From NCBI RefSeq assembly GCF_046119375.1, contig NW_027362764.1, positions 799,118,001 to 799,182,000 of the forward strand: a stretch of DNA of 64,000 bases, given 5' to 3'. The notes beneath the pieces are model-generated. The model was not told where the DNA came from. It did no database searches and was given only the letters and a program-made list of their open reading frames with translations. The translations under genes were made by a program, and so were the position numbers. Each line of letters begins with the position of its first letter. Positions within the stretch are counted from its first letter, which is position 1. Of the stretch, positions 1 to 13,060 are shown piece by piece. Source of the DNA: Phyllobates terribilis. Its lineage: Eukaryota.

Positions 1-658
1 CTATGTGCAGCCGCTCCCCGCCCTCTCTATGTACAGCCGCTCCCCGCCCTCTATATGTACAGCCGCTCCCCGCCCTCTCTATGTGCAGCCGCTCCCCGCC
101 CTCTCTATGTGCAGCCGCTCCCCGCCCTCTCTATGTACAGCCGCTCCCCGCCCTCTCTATGTACAGCCGCTCCCCGCCCTCTCTATGTGCAGCCGCTCCC
201 CGCCCTCTCTATGTGCAGCCGCTCCCCGCCCTCTCTATGTGCAGCCGCTCCCCGCCCTCTGTATGTGCAGCCGCTCCCCGCCCTCTGTATGTGCAGCCGC
301 TCCCCGCGCTCTGTATGTGCAGCCGCTCCCCGCGCTCTGTATGTGCAGCCGCTCCCCGCGCTCTGTATGTGCAGCCGGGCCCCGCGCTCTATATGTACAG
401 CCGCTCCCCGCCCTCTATATGTACAGCCGCTCCCCGCGCGCTATATGTACAGCCGCTCCCCGCGCTCTATATGTGCAGCCGCTCCCCGCGCTCTATATGT
501 GCAGCCGCTCCCCGCGCTCTATATGTGCAGCCGCTCCCCGCGCTCTATATGTGCAGCCGCTCCCCGCGCTCTATATGTGCAGCCGCTCCCCGCGCTCTAT
601 ATGTACAGCCGCTCCCCGCGCTCTATATGTACAGCCGCTCCCCGCGCTCTATATGTAC
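1..658. repeat. 26-bp tandem repeat (ATGTGCAGCCGCTCCCCGCSCTCTMT), about 25 copies, runs off the window start
   Basis: Unit read directly. Three units give the 26-aa periodicity of the repeat ORFs in all three + frames. Confidence 0.95.
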
Positions 659-662
659 ATCT

Positions 663-977
663 GGGCTCAAGGGCTCCCTGCTCCAGGTGAAGGGCAGCTG
701 CGCCTCCGGCTCCTTCAAGCTGAACAAGAAGCAGGAGACTAAGGAGAAGCCGGCAGCTGCGGCCAAACCCAAGAAACCTGCAGCCAAGAAAGTGGCCAAA
801 TTCCCAAAGAAGCCCAAGTAGGCTCCGACCGCAGCCAAGAAAAGCCCGAAAAAGGACAAGAAGCCCGCAGCCGCCGCAGTCAAGAAAGGAACGAAGGCCG
901 CTCCGAAGCCTAAGAAGGTGACGATGAGCCCGGCTAAGAAGGCGACTAAAGCCAAGAAGCCCGCGGCCAAGAAATAA
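663..977 (+). pseudogene. H1: Histone H1, C-terminal part only, with in-frame stop at 819-821
   Basis: GLKGSLLQVKGSCASGSFKLNKK matches the end of the H1 globular domain (GASGSFKL motif), followed by a K/A/P-rich tail ending KKPAAKK-TAA at 975-977. TAG interrupts the tail. A histone stem-loop follows. Confidence 0.9.
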
Positions 978-1006
978 GCGGAGCCGCTCTGTCCTCCTAC
1001 TACAAA

Positions 1007-1047
1007 GGCTCTTATCAGTGCCACCACCTTGTCCCTGCAGAGCTGTA
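1007..1047 (+). terminator. H1 histone 3' stem-loop (one stem mismatch) plus downstream U7-binding element
   Basis: AAA-GGCTCT-TATC-AGTGCC-ACC at 1007-1022 (T for A in the 3' arm); AGAGCTGTA at 1039-1047. Confidence 0.8.
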
Positions 1048-1490
1048 TGATCAGTGCCACCACCTTGTTCCTGCAGAGCTGTATGATCAGTGCCACCACC
1101 TTGTTCCTGCAGAGCTGTATGATCAGTGCCACCACCTTGTTCCTGCAGAGCTGTATGATCAGTGCCACCACCTTGTCCCCTCAGAGCTGTATGATCAGTG
1201 CTACCACCTTGTCCCTGCAGAGCTGTATGATCAGTGCCACCACCTTGTCCCTGCAGAGCTGTATGATCAGTGCCACCACCTTGTTCCTGCAGAGCTGTAT
1301 GATCAGTGCCACCACCTTGTTCCTGCAGAGCTGTATGATCAGTGCCACCACCTTGTCCCCTCAGAGCTGTATGATCAGGGCCACCACCTTGTCCCCTCAG
1401 AGCTGTATGATCAGTGCCACCACCTTGTCCCTGCAGAGCTGTATGATCAGTGCCACCACCTTGTCCCTGCAGAGCTGTATGATCAGTGCC
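1014..1490 (+). repeat. 36-bp tandem repeat (ATCAGTGCCACCACCTTGTYCCTGCAGAGCTGTATG), 13.25 copies, derived from the H1 3' processing signal
   Basis: Unit read directly. The first unit is continuous with the stem-loop. Confidence 0.95.
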
Positions 1491-2220
1491 ATGATGGAGC
1501 GGGCAGGGCTGATCTCATGTCAGAATACATAGTTACACTGCTCCTCTGTAGCTGCCGGTGATCGGTCTGAGCGCTGCCATCAGTGCAGACCTGCGGCGGA
1601 ACAATGCGCTGAACTCTATATCACACGCTTCCTTGGTAGTTTCTGGGCTCATTGAATGTTCCTTCAGATGACAGTTGTCCAGGTCAGAACAGATGCCCGA
1701 TCTGCAGACGATCGCAGTGACTGCAGGAGGTTGTTCTCTGTACAGGGGGGAGGGGCGGCGCAGCGTTCCGGTGTCTGCCGCAGTCTGCACTGATATCAGG
1801 GGACGTGGAGATCTGCTGTGCAGCGCCGTGTACGTGACGTAGAGATCTGTTGTACTACTTAAGTCCCAGGGAAAGGTTCAACCCTTCCTCACTATTAAAT
1901 TCCCCCACACTTTAATGATGGTCGTCCTCCACCGTACCAGGCAACAAACCACAATTAACATATGTTAAGTATAAAAATTACTATACATTTTAGTACTCGA
2001 CGATTCTTGAAATCTTCCTCTCAGGGGGATACCGGCCCTTCTCGGTTAAGGGCCCCGGAACAGCAACTCAGACAGTCCATTGTTACAGCCTTCAACAGTA
2101 TTCAGAAGTACAGATCCTACTTGGTAAGGACCCTGGAAGCACAGTGTCCATATCTTTAAAACGGGTCAAACACCAATAGCCCTCAATCTACATGAGGATG
2201 GTGCAGGAGGCAAAAACTGA

Positions 2221-2242
2221 CCAATGAGAGACAGATATAAAA
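2221..2242 (+). promoter_or_regulatory. CCAAT + TATA module with no downstream ORF, directly abutting the satellite
   Basis: CCAATGAGAG at 2221 and TATAAAA at 2236. Conserved at 39609/39624 in the duplicate block. Confidence 0.4.
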
Positions 2243-2245
2243 GCA

Positions 2246-4930
2246 GCACTAATAGCAGGGATTATAGCCACTGTGCCAAGCACTAATAGAGGATTATAGC
2301 CACTGTGCCAAGCGATAATAGAGGATTATAGCCACTGTGCCAAGCACTAATAGCAGGGATTATATCCACTGTGCCAAGCACTAATAGCAGGGATTATATC
2401 CACTGTGCCAAGCACTAATAGAGGATTATAGCCACTGTGCCAAGCACTAATAGATGATTATAGCCACTGTGCCAAGCACTAATAGAGGGTTATACCCACA
2501 GTGCCAAGCAGCAATAGAGGATTATACCCCCTGTGCCAAGCACAAATAGCGGGGATTATACACACTGTGCCAAGCACTAATAGAGGAATATAGCCATTGT
2601 GCCAAGTACTAATAGAGGATTATACCCACTGTGCCAAGCACTAATAGAGGATTATAGCCGCTGTGCCAAGCACTAATAGCAGGGATTATATCCACTGTGC
2701 CAAGCACTAATAGAGGATTATAGCCATTGTGCCAAGTACTAATAGAGGATTATACCCACTGTGCCAAGCACTAATAGAGGATTATACCCACTGTGCAAAG
2801 CACTAATAGAGGATTATAGCCATTGTGCCAAGTACTAATAGAGGATTATAGCTACTGCGCCAAGCACTAATAGAGGATTATACCAACTGTGCCAAGCACT
2901 AATAGAGGATTATACCCACTGTGCCAAGCACTAATAGAGGATTATACCCACTGTGCAAAGCACTAATAGAGGATTATACCCACTGTGCAAAGCACTAATA
3001 GAGGAATATAGCCATTGTGCCAAGCACTAATAGAGGATTATACCAACTGTGCCAAGCACTAATAGAGGATTATACCAACTGTGCCAAGCACTAATAGAGG
3101 ATTATACCCACTGTGCCAAGCACTAATAGAGGATTATACCCACTGTGCAAAGCACTAATAGAGGATTATACCCACTGTGCAAAGCACTAATAGAGGATTA
3201 TAGCCACTGTGCAAAGCACTAATAGAGGATTATACCCACTGTGCAAAGCACTAATAGAGGAATATAGCCACTGTGCCAAGCACTAATAGAGGATTATAGC
3301 CGCTGTGCCAAGCACTAATAGCAGGGATTATATCCACTGTGCCAAGCACTAATAGAGGATTATAGCCATTGTGCCAAGTACTAATAGAGGATTATACCCA
3401 CTGTGCCAAGCACTAATAGAGGATTATACCCACTGTGCAAAGCACTAATAGAGGATTATAGCCATTGTGCCAAGTACTAATAGAGGATTATAGCTACTGC
3501 GCCAAGCACTAATAGAGGATTATACCAACTGTGCCAAGCACTAATAGAGGATTATACCCACTGTGCCAAGCACTAATAGAGGATTATACCCACTGTGCAA
3601 AGCACTAATAGAGGATTATACCCACTGTGCAAAGCACTAATAGAGGAATATAGCCATTGTGCCAAGCACTAATAGAGGATTATACCCCCTGTGCCAAGCA
3701 CACATAGGGGGGATTAAACCCACTGTGCCAAGCACTAATAGAGGATTATACCCACTGTGCCAAGCACTAATAGAGGATTATACCCACTGTGCCAAGCACT
3801 AATAGAGGATTATACCCACTGTGCAAAGCACTAATAGAGGATTATAGCAACTGTGCCAAGTACTAATAGAGGATTATAGCAACTGTGTCAAGCACTAATA
3901 GCAGGGATTATACCCACTGTGCCAAGCACTAATAGAGGATTATATCCACTGTGCCAAGCACTAATAGAGGATTATAGCCATTGTGCTAAGCACTAATAGA
4001 GGGTTATACCCAGTGTGCCAAGCAGTAATAGAGTATTATACCCCTTGTGCCAAGCACACATAGTGGGGATTGTACCCACTGTGCCAAGCACTAATAGAGG
4101 ATTATAGCCACTGTGCCAAGCACTAATAGCAGGGATTATATCCACTGTGTCAAGCACTAATAGAGGATTATACCCACTGTGCCAAGCACTAATAGAGGAT
4201 TATACCCACTGTGCCAAGCACTAATAGAGGATTATACCCACTGTGCCAAGCACACATAGCGGGGATTGTACCCACTGTGCCAAGCAATAATAGAGGATTA
4301 TAGCCACTGTGCCAAGCACTAATAGCAGGAATTAAAGCCATTGTGCTAAGCACTAATAGAGAATTATAGCCACTGTGCCAAGCACTAATAGAGGATTATA
4401 GCCACTGTGCCAAGCATTAATAGAGGATTATACCCAATGTGCCAAGCACTAAAAGGATTATAGCTACTGTTCCAAGCACTAATAGCAAGAATTGTATCTA
4501 CTGTGCCAAGTACTAATAGCAGGGATTATAGCCACTGTGCCAAGCACTAATAGAGGATTATAGCCGCTGTGCCAAGCACTAATAGCAGGGATTATATCCA
4601 CTGTGCCAAGCACTAATAGAGGATTATAGCCATTGTGCCAAGTACTAATAGAGGATTATACCCACTGTGCCAAGCACTAATAGAGGATTATACCCACTGT
4701 GCAAAGCACTAATAGAGGATTATAGCCATTGTGCCAAGTACTAATAGAGGATTATAGCTACTGCGCCAAGCACTAATAGAGGATTATACCCACTGTGCAA
4801 AGCACTAATAGAGGATTAAACCCACTGTGCCAAGCACTAATAGCAGGAATTATAGCCACTGTGCAAAGCACTAATAGAGGATTATAGCCACTGTGCCAAG
4901 CACTAATAGCAGGGATTATACCCACTGAGC
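2246..4930. repeat. 32-bp (occasionally 34-bp) satellite GCACTAATAGAGGATTATASCCACTGTGCCAA, roughly 83 copies
   Basis: Unit read directly; copies are contiguous with no spacers. Confidence 0.97.
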
Positions 4931-5114
4931 TATATCCACTTTCACTTTTCCTCTGATGTCACACACCCTTTGCTCTCCAGGCCGGTGGAGGCGTCTGATC
5001 GATGATGATCTCCCAGAGATTGATCTATTTCCAGCCTGGATCTCCCGCTGTCATTATTGGAGCAGGCAGGATCTCCAGTCTCCGAGCAGCAGCGGCGCCG
5101 AGATGAGGAGAGAA

Positions 5115-5635
<521 letters not shown>

Positions 5636-5667
5636 TTGTGTTCTCCGCTCCATCCTCACCCCCCAAA

Positions 5668-5711
5668 GGCTCTTATCAGAGCCCCCCCACATGTACAGTG
5701 GAGAAGCTGTG
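5668..5711 (+). terminator. H4 3' stem-loop and downstream element
   Basis: GGCTCT-TATC-AGAGCC at 5668-5683; purine-rich GAGAAGCTGTG at 5701-5711. Confidence 0.9.
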
Positions 5712-6829
5712 ATTCCTGCTGGATGAATGCAGTAATGAGGTGACGGGATCTCGGGTCTGGAGCAGGAGGCGCCGCGGTGTTAGATCCGCTCCCTGCAGCG
5801 TCAGGTGCTGGGGACGGAGGGGAGAGATCACTAATATCCGCGTCAGTGTAAAGTGCGGCCGGAGCTCCAGCCGACAGCGATCTCCTGTCTGACGGATGAA
5901 TCACATCGCTATAATTCCGGCTGCGGGGAGGAGCGGAAACCGCGCAACTAATCCGGGAATCGCACTCCTGTGTGGAAGGAAAGCGGCCGCCGATCACCGA
6001 GCACAACCTGATCGCCCGATCTCACACCGCGTATTGCACAATGACCGGAAAAAACCAGCAGCGATTAAGCGGGAAATTAAGAATTTAGCCAATCAGTACT
6101 AAGCATAAGTCTATTGCTCCGCCCACAGGCGGCTCCGGGTGATAGTCGCCATCCTTTAACCAATTAGTGACTGATATTTCTCGCCGCCGTTCTCCATTAT
6201 CAGTCATTCCCTATTTACCCGGAACCGGGGAGAAATCCCCACCGACCTCACTACAGACGATCACCGAGCCCTGCGGACCAGAGAGAGGACTGGGGAAGAT
6301 GCGGGTCTGGAGCAGGCGCATTTCTGCAGCGTTATATTCAGCTCCTCTGAGTGCGGCAGGTGACGAGTTCCCGGGCAGCGACAAGAAAACGACATCAAAT
6401 ATCCAGAAGTGATCGGCAGCGACCATCGCAGCGCGCGGGGGAGGATCTGCTCCAATCAGTGTCGCACATGAAGAAACCCGACAGCAGCCTGAGATCACCA
6501 CCTGCATCATCGTCATCATAGAGAGGATGTGATGGGCAGCAGCGGTCACCGGTCTGGAAGCGACGTGTGATGATGCATAAAGCTGAATAATAATCATCAC
6601 CTGGACTGATCCAGCAAACAAGGACTGTGGACTATACAGTAGATTCCCATGAATTATTATCGGGGAGGGTTTTCATACATTTATTCTCCATAGATCACTA
6701 GAAGTTTTCTCTTCGCATTTCTGCTCTTTATTTCTTGTATTTTTCTCACCATTCGCGAGTAGCGGGACAGATTCTTATTATAGCTGACAAAAGCATCGGG
6801 TGTTTATTGGTCGCTTTTTAATATAAGAA

Positions 6830-7354
<525 letters not shown>

Positions 7355-7383
7355 ATCTGCCCGGGCCCCGAGAACAACACAAA

Positions 7384-7424
7384 GGCTCTTTTCAGAGCCA
7401 CCAAATCCTCCAAGACGAGCTGAT
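7384..7424 (+). terminator. H3 3' stem-loop and downstream element
   Basis: GGCTCT-TTTC-AGAGCC-ACC at 7384-7399; AGACGAGCTGAT downstream. Confidence 0.92.
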
Positions 7425-8246
7425 CTCTATTACTCTGATCCCTCAGACGCGGCCTGGGCTGCGGGATGTCGGTGCTGTTCTCACTGCTGCGGTTGCTGTC
7501 AAATTATACCTGTGATGGAGCTGAGCCCAGTGGAGCGACCTGTATGCAGCTTTATAACTGGCAGTGGTTATATTATAGGTGATCAGCAGGTGGCGCTCTC
7601 TCACATCTGGGGCTGATAAATGATCCGTGAAGTGTCTGCGGAGCAGAGAGATGTCCGCGCTCATCCGCCGCCTCCTCCGCACAGTCCTCCTCGTGACTCC
7701 GGGGTCGGGGACGTTTATCACTGGCTAACTTACAGTAAGTTCTCGGTTCTGCTGCCGGTAGCCGACATTCTCCACCGCCCTCATATAGGACGTCAGACAC
7801 TGAAGGGTTAATTCTGCCTCCGCTTTGCCGGTTTCTAGCTCGGTGCTGCTCGGCTGATCCCGCTTCTCCCGCTCTTTCTCTCCATGTAATATTTAGGGTC
7901 AGGACGAGCGTTTCTCGTGCGGTTCGTCACAATCTGTAATAACCGCTGAGAGGAGGCCGCACTGGATCAGGCGCCATCATGATGACAAAGGGTTAATGGC
8001 AGAAGAGATCGCTGCGCCAGTCCGTGTCTTAATGTAACCAGCAGAGCCTGAGGGGAGGGGGCAGGCGACGGCTCTGTGCTCCCGTATGTGATCATAGGAC
8101 AGGCAAGGGTTAAGGATAAAGCCGCTGTGTCTGCACCAGGACGACAGGCAGGAAAGCAATCAGCCAGTAAAGAGTTAATGTAACGGCTTTCACGAGCTGC
8201 TGTGAAGAGGGCGGGTGGCGGTTGGGTGAGAAAGTCATCTGACCTA

Positions 8247-8359
8247 TGTGACGTCACACCTTCCCTCCTGCAGCTGATTGGTGTTTACTCAAGTCTGATC
8301 TCCATATTCGGCTTCAGATCCGTCCAATGAGAGGAGGGCGGGGCAGCAGCTTATATAAA
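8247..8359 (+). promoter_or_regulatory. H2A promoter: CRE palindrome, reverse and forward CCAAT, GC box, TATA
   Basis: TGTGACGTCACA 8247-8258; ATTGG about 8277; CCAAT 8324; GGGCGGGG about 8336; TATATAAA 8352. Confidence 0.75.
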
Positions 8360-8393
8360 CCTCCAGCAGCGCGGGCTCCTCACATTCTGCTGA

Positions 8394-8801
<408 letters not shown>

Positions 8802-8830
8802 GCGCTGCAGCCGATCTGTCCACAACCAAA

Positions 8831-8872
8831 GGCTCTTTTAAGAGCCACCACATCCTCCTGATAAGAGCCAGT
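8831..8872 (+). terminator. H2A 3' stem-loop and downstream element
   Basis: GGCTCT-TTTA-AGAGCC-ACC at 8831-8846; ATAAGAGCCAGT downstream. Confidence 0.92.
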
Positions 8873-9529
8873 GCCACTGATCATCTGTCTCCTATAGTGT
8901 GTATTAGATTCTGTGCACACGCAGCGTATTTTGTGGCGGTTTTTGCTGTAGAAACACTACATCATCTGTTTGCCAAGTATTGTGGAAAAAACGGAGCCTG
9001 TCCATTGTGCGCTTGTATCCGCTGTGAATTTGCACACATTGACTATCTATACCTGCAGATTTGCTGTGTTTCAATTAAAGTCAATGTGCGCAAATTCAGG
9101 GCAGAAACAAGCTGTGAGTGGTACCGGGGTCGGCAGCGGGGAGCAGTAGTTTCCTCAGCTGAGCCAGGTACCACGCGGTGCAAATGGAAAAAAAAAGAAA
9201 ATCTAAGCAAAAAACCCGCTATACTCACCTGTCCGGTGTCCTCAGTCCCCAGCGATCTGTTCTGCCAGGACCTGCGGTCATGTAAGCTCTCAGCTAAAGG
9301 TCCAGTACTGGTGGTGAGCTCACTGGGGCTGATCAACTGATGAACCCCTGTGACCTGCAGCAGCATGGTACAGTGATTTTATACCCGGTATGTCTTCTAC
9401 AGCTGTGACATCAGTGATAGCTAGTGACACAGATCGCAGAGGGACAATCTTTGGCGTAATTGTGGACTACGTCGTGACAGTGGACAGGTGAGGGATATGG
9501 TTGTTTTTTATTTATTTTTTTTTTTCAGA

Positions 9530-9890
9530 TCGAGGGATTCGGGGACTGAGTGTAATTTTTATTTTTTTTTAAACCGTGTGTTTTTTATTTCATTAAAATA
9601 CTTTATTCTGGCCGTGTCTTATATTGAAAAAGTGGCGACCATTTTACTACGGGGTTAGTAATGGGGCATGTTATAGAATCCCTTCATTACTAACCTGACC
9701 TTCACGTCAGCCGCCAATACAAGGCTGACGGGAGCCCCAACCCCATTACCCCACTCACCACCGCTACAGGGCAGTGGGAAGACCGGAGGCTAATTGCCAG
9801 ATTTGGTCCATCGTATGGATGCGCCATTTCTGGGACTGCTGAGGGGTGATATTAGCCGCAGAGGGTGCTAGTATTCATGAACACGCGGCG
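9530..9890 (-). repeat. Interspersed repeat segment related (inverted) to about 60800-61150 and 63740-64000; boundaries approximate
   Basis: Shared motifs such as GGTTAGTAATGG...CATTACTAACC hairpin and ATGGATGCGCCATTTCTGGG. Confidence 0.55.
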
Positions 9891-10838
9891 TCAAACCTGC
9901 AGCAGCTCTTGACTGTGGCCACCTTCCTAGGCTGAAATAGCAGCTCACAGCTGCTCCAGAAATTACATGAATGGAAATGCTAATGAGTTTGGGTAAATGG
10001 GACTAGCTGACACCTTGTCATCACCAAACAAAAGAGCTAGGTGTCAATCAAACCCTTTCAACACCAAACCTAATTAAAGTAAAGAGTTAAACACAGAGTA
10101 AACACTCTATTTGAAATGCAACAGACACATTCTTTAATCATTTAAATTAACCAATATACTCACCCCAGTTCTGATGGTAATCCAAAAGCAATGTCCCACC
10201 AAATAACTTTTAGCTCCAAAAAGCATTCATTGATGTACAAAAACGCTTAAAAAATGTATCAAAAAGGCGTCAGAAAAGGGTGGAAATTTCTGCTTCAACT
10301 CCTGAATGTACGCGCATAGTCTAACACCGGTTATGGCCGCACTAGGCGATATATACTTGTATTTGTAGGCTATTTGATTCCTGCACCAGTGATCGCTGAC
10401 TGTTAAGCGGATGATTATTTTTCCCCTATTTAAGGCTGTATGCCCCCCATATAGTGTCTCCCACTGGATTCCTGTGCCGTATACCATCAATATACTTCTG
10501 TATATCCCCATATAATTTTCTTTACCCCTGCACTAATGTGCTGTATACCAAGAGGGAAGGATGTAGGGTTATTGGGTTTTCTGATCTTCCCTGCACCCAG
10601 TGTGAGTGTTGGGGCCCAGGAGAATGTTCTGTGATTCCTGTACTAGATTCTCCCTATACAAAGTGTAGATCCTATAAGATCAGAGGAAGGAAAAGGTACC
10701 TGGGAGTTTGGGCGACCGCCTTATCACCAGACTCAGACGTTCTCCTTACTGTTTGCTTGCCTGAGGACAAGTTGGGCAATTATTGAGAAAATGTTCAGAG
10801 AGACCACAGTAGAGTTCAAGATCTTGACTGTTTTTTCT

Positions 10839-11123
10839 CTACAACAAATTAGCAACTCTAACCTCCAATGGCTCCAGCTCCGGTAAATCGATCTGCTTCA
10901 GGGAAGTATAACGGGCAGCCTGCTGTTCAGCACGTCTCTCACGGATTCTGCGGTCCATCCGTATAGCCAGAGAGCAAGGGGCGTCATGAAGAACCAGAGC
11001 GTCTTTAAGAGTTTCAGAAAGGCTGTTGTAGACACCTGTGAGATGATGCAGAACTTCAGTGGACCACTGCCGGAAATCGCTGCTGTAGTCCTCAGCCATA
11101 CGGCCCCCCTGTGCCAGGTTCAT
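10839..11123 (-). pseudogene. Degraded Gypsy (sushi/PEG10-like) gag fragment
   Basis: QGGRMAEDYSSDFRQW...LSETLKDAL...SLAIRMDRRIRER resembles the retrotransposon gag domain (recognised from memory, not searched). Confidence 0.6.
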
Positions 11124-11189
11124 GATCTTTGCCTCAGCGACTTGGATCCTGTCGGGTTTGTCTTAGGTCAGACACAAAGCTCAAAAAGG

Positions 11190-12012
11190 TGTCTACAGAA
11201 GACCCTATATATGAACTGGCTCTCTACTCCTTGGAAGTCCTGGCCTGCCCTGCCGCCAGCGTTTTACCAGAGCGGGTTTTTAGTGCCGCTGGTGGAATTA
11301 TAACTGATAAGCGCATCCGCCTGTCAACTGAAAATGCTTACAGGCTGACTCTTATAAAAATGAACAAGGGCTGGATTGGGCCAGACTTCTCAACACCACC
11401 GAATGATAGCAGCGTAACATAAACTCAAGTCCAGTGTCTTTTCTTGGGAGGTGTATTCCCATGCACCTCCTCACACTCACACATGGGTATACGCTTCCTG
11501 ATTTGGTCTATTTTCTATTCTCCTCATCCTCCACCACCATATCACCAGGGTGACCATGATGCAACACCCTCATAATTTTTTCAAGGGTGTTTATGATGCC
11601 CGTAGGACAATTTTTTAGAGGCCTACCTAAAACATTCTGAATGTTACACAATATGTTCATGTACACCCCCCAGGGATAAATGTTTCTCCGCCCATGCACT
11701 TAGTGCATGGACATTATAAGTATAGGAGACCCATTTCTTAACAATGGACTTCCTCTACGTCTCTTCAAAAGGGTATTGGAGTGCGTCCAATTTTTGGGCT
11801 GCCCTAGCAGTCACAGCAGGGGCATTACCACTATAGGAGACGTACGCCATTATAAAGGGAACATTTTTTTTACTGAGACCCTCCTCTATGTTGCTTCCAA
11901 GGGGTATTGGGGTGCGTCCAAATTTTTGGCAGCCCTTACATTTACTACACAAAAACAGTATAGGAGACCCACTCCTTTATAATGGGAACAACAAAGCATA
12001 GCCTGCTGATGG
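11190..12012 (+). mobile_element. hAT fragment C: transposase C-terminal dimerisation region plus 3' internal sequence, cut by element A; left boundary approximate
   Basis: ELALYSLEVLACPAASVLPERVFSAAGGIITDKR...LIKMNKGW in ORF 11129-11422. Confidence 0.75.
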
Positions 12013-12044
12013 CTCTCTAATAGTGTTGAGCGAGCATGCTCGAC

Positions 12045-13060
12045 ACTGCTCTGTACTCTTGCAACGATCTCTGCAGAGAATTAAAGAGGAGGCATTGCAG
12101 CCAGAGTATGATGAGATGGATCAAGAAGCCGTAGCGGGCGATTACACACAGCCCAGCCTCATCTCATCCCAACGTGCATTGGGGGACAATGAGGGAGAGG
12201 AGGAGAAAGGACAGGAGCTGGTATCATGCGCTGTAGATGGTACTACTTGTACAACCGTCATACCGTCAGTTCAGCGTGGGTGGCCTGAGGACAGGGGGGA
12301 GGAGGAGGAGAGCATGGTCAGTCGTCATCTTGGTGAGGACACGGAAGTCTTGCCCGTTACCAGTCTGGCACGCATGGCTGACTTTATGTTACGCTGTCTT
12401 AACCGTGACCCTCGTATTGTCAAAATGTTGGGTGACAGTCGTTACTGGTTGGTGACACTTTTAGACCACCGCTACAAGGAGAACTTCCACTCTCTTGTTC
12501 CTGAGGTGGAGAGGTCTACAAAAATGGGGCAGTACCAGAAGGCCCTTGCTGCAGAACTGTTAAAAAAATTCCCAACTGAACACGCTAGCGGCAGAGGTCA
12601 CAGTTCGTTGACCAACCAAGGCGTACAGGCGAGAGAGACGCAACTCCAATCCAGTAGAGGCAGGGGAACACTGTCAACCTTCTGGGACAGTTTTCTGACA
12701 CCTGCCCAGCTTACAGGCCCTGAGGTGCGGGGTACACTCACAAGGAGTGGAAAGTTTCAAAAGATGGTGAGGGAGTACCTTGCTGACCGTACCAGCGTCC
12801 TCTGTGATTCCTCTGTGCCTTTTAATTATTGGGTATCCAAGCTGGACACTTGGAATCAACTCACTCTGTAAGCCTTGGAGGTCCTGGCCTGCCCTGCCGC
12901 TAGCGTGTTATCGGAGCGTGTTTTTAGTGCCGCTGGGGGAATTATAACAGATAAGCGAACTCGCCTGTCAACTGACAATGCTGACAAGCTGACCCTTATC
13001 AAAATGAACAAGGGCTGGATTGGGCCAGACTTCTCATCACCACCAAATGACAGCAGAGTA
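12045..13060 (+). pseudogene. C-terminal third of a ZBED1/Ac-like hAT transposase, 5'-deleted, with internal stop at 12869-12871
   Basis: ORFs 12023-12871 and 12875-13354: LLDHRYK, YWVSKLDTW, LACPAASVLSERVFSAAG (third catalytic acidic residue E). Confidence 0.85.

Noticed and set aside
3-1532. Repeat-encoded ORFs (272, 245, 211, 167 aa and the antisense 182 aa)
   Set aside because: Translations of the 26-bp and 36-bp arrays; only the H1 tail part is real coding ancestry.
1858-1872. 14-bp match to the piggyBac-like subterminal sequence (CTTAAGTCCCAGGG)
   Set aside because: Too short, with no partner terminus.
2246-4930. CRISPR-like appearance of the 32-bp (and 36-bp) repeats
   Set aside because: Units are contiguous with no unique spacers, there are no cas genes, and the context is eukaryotic.
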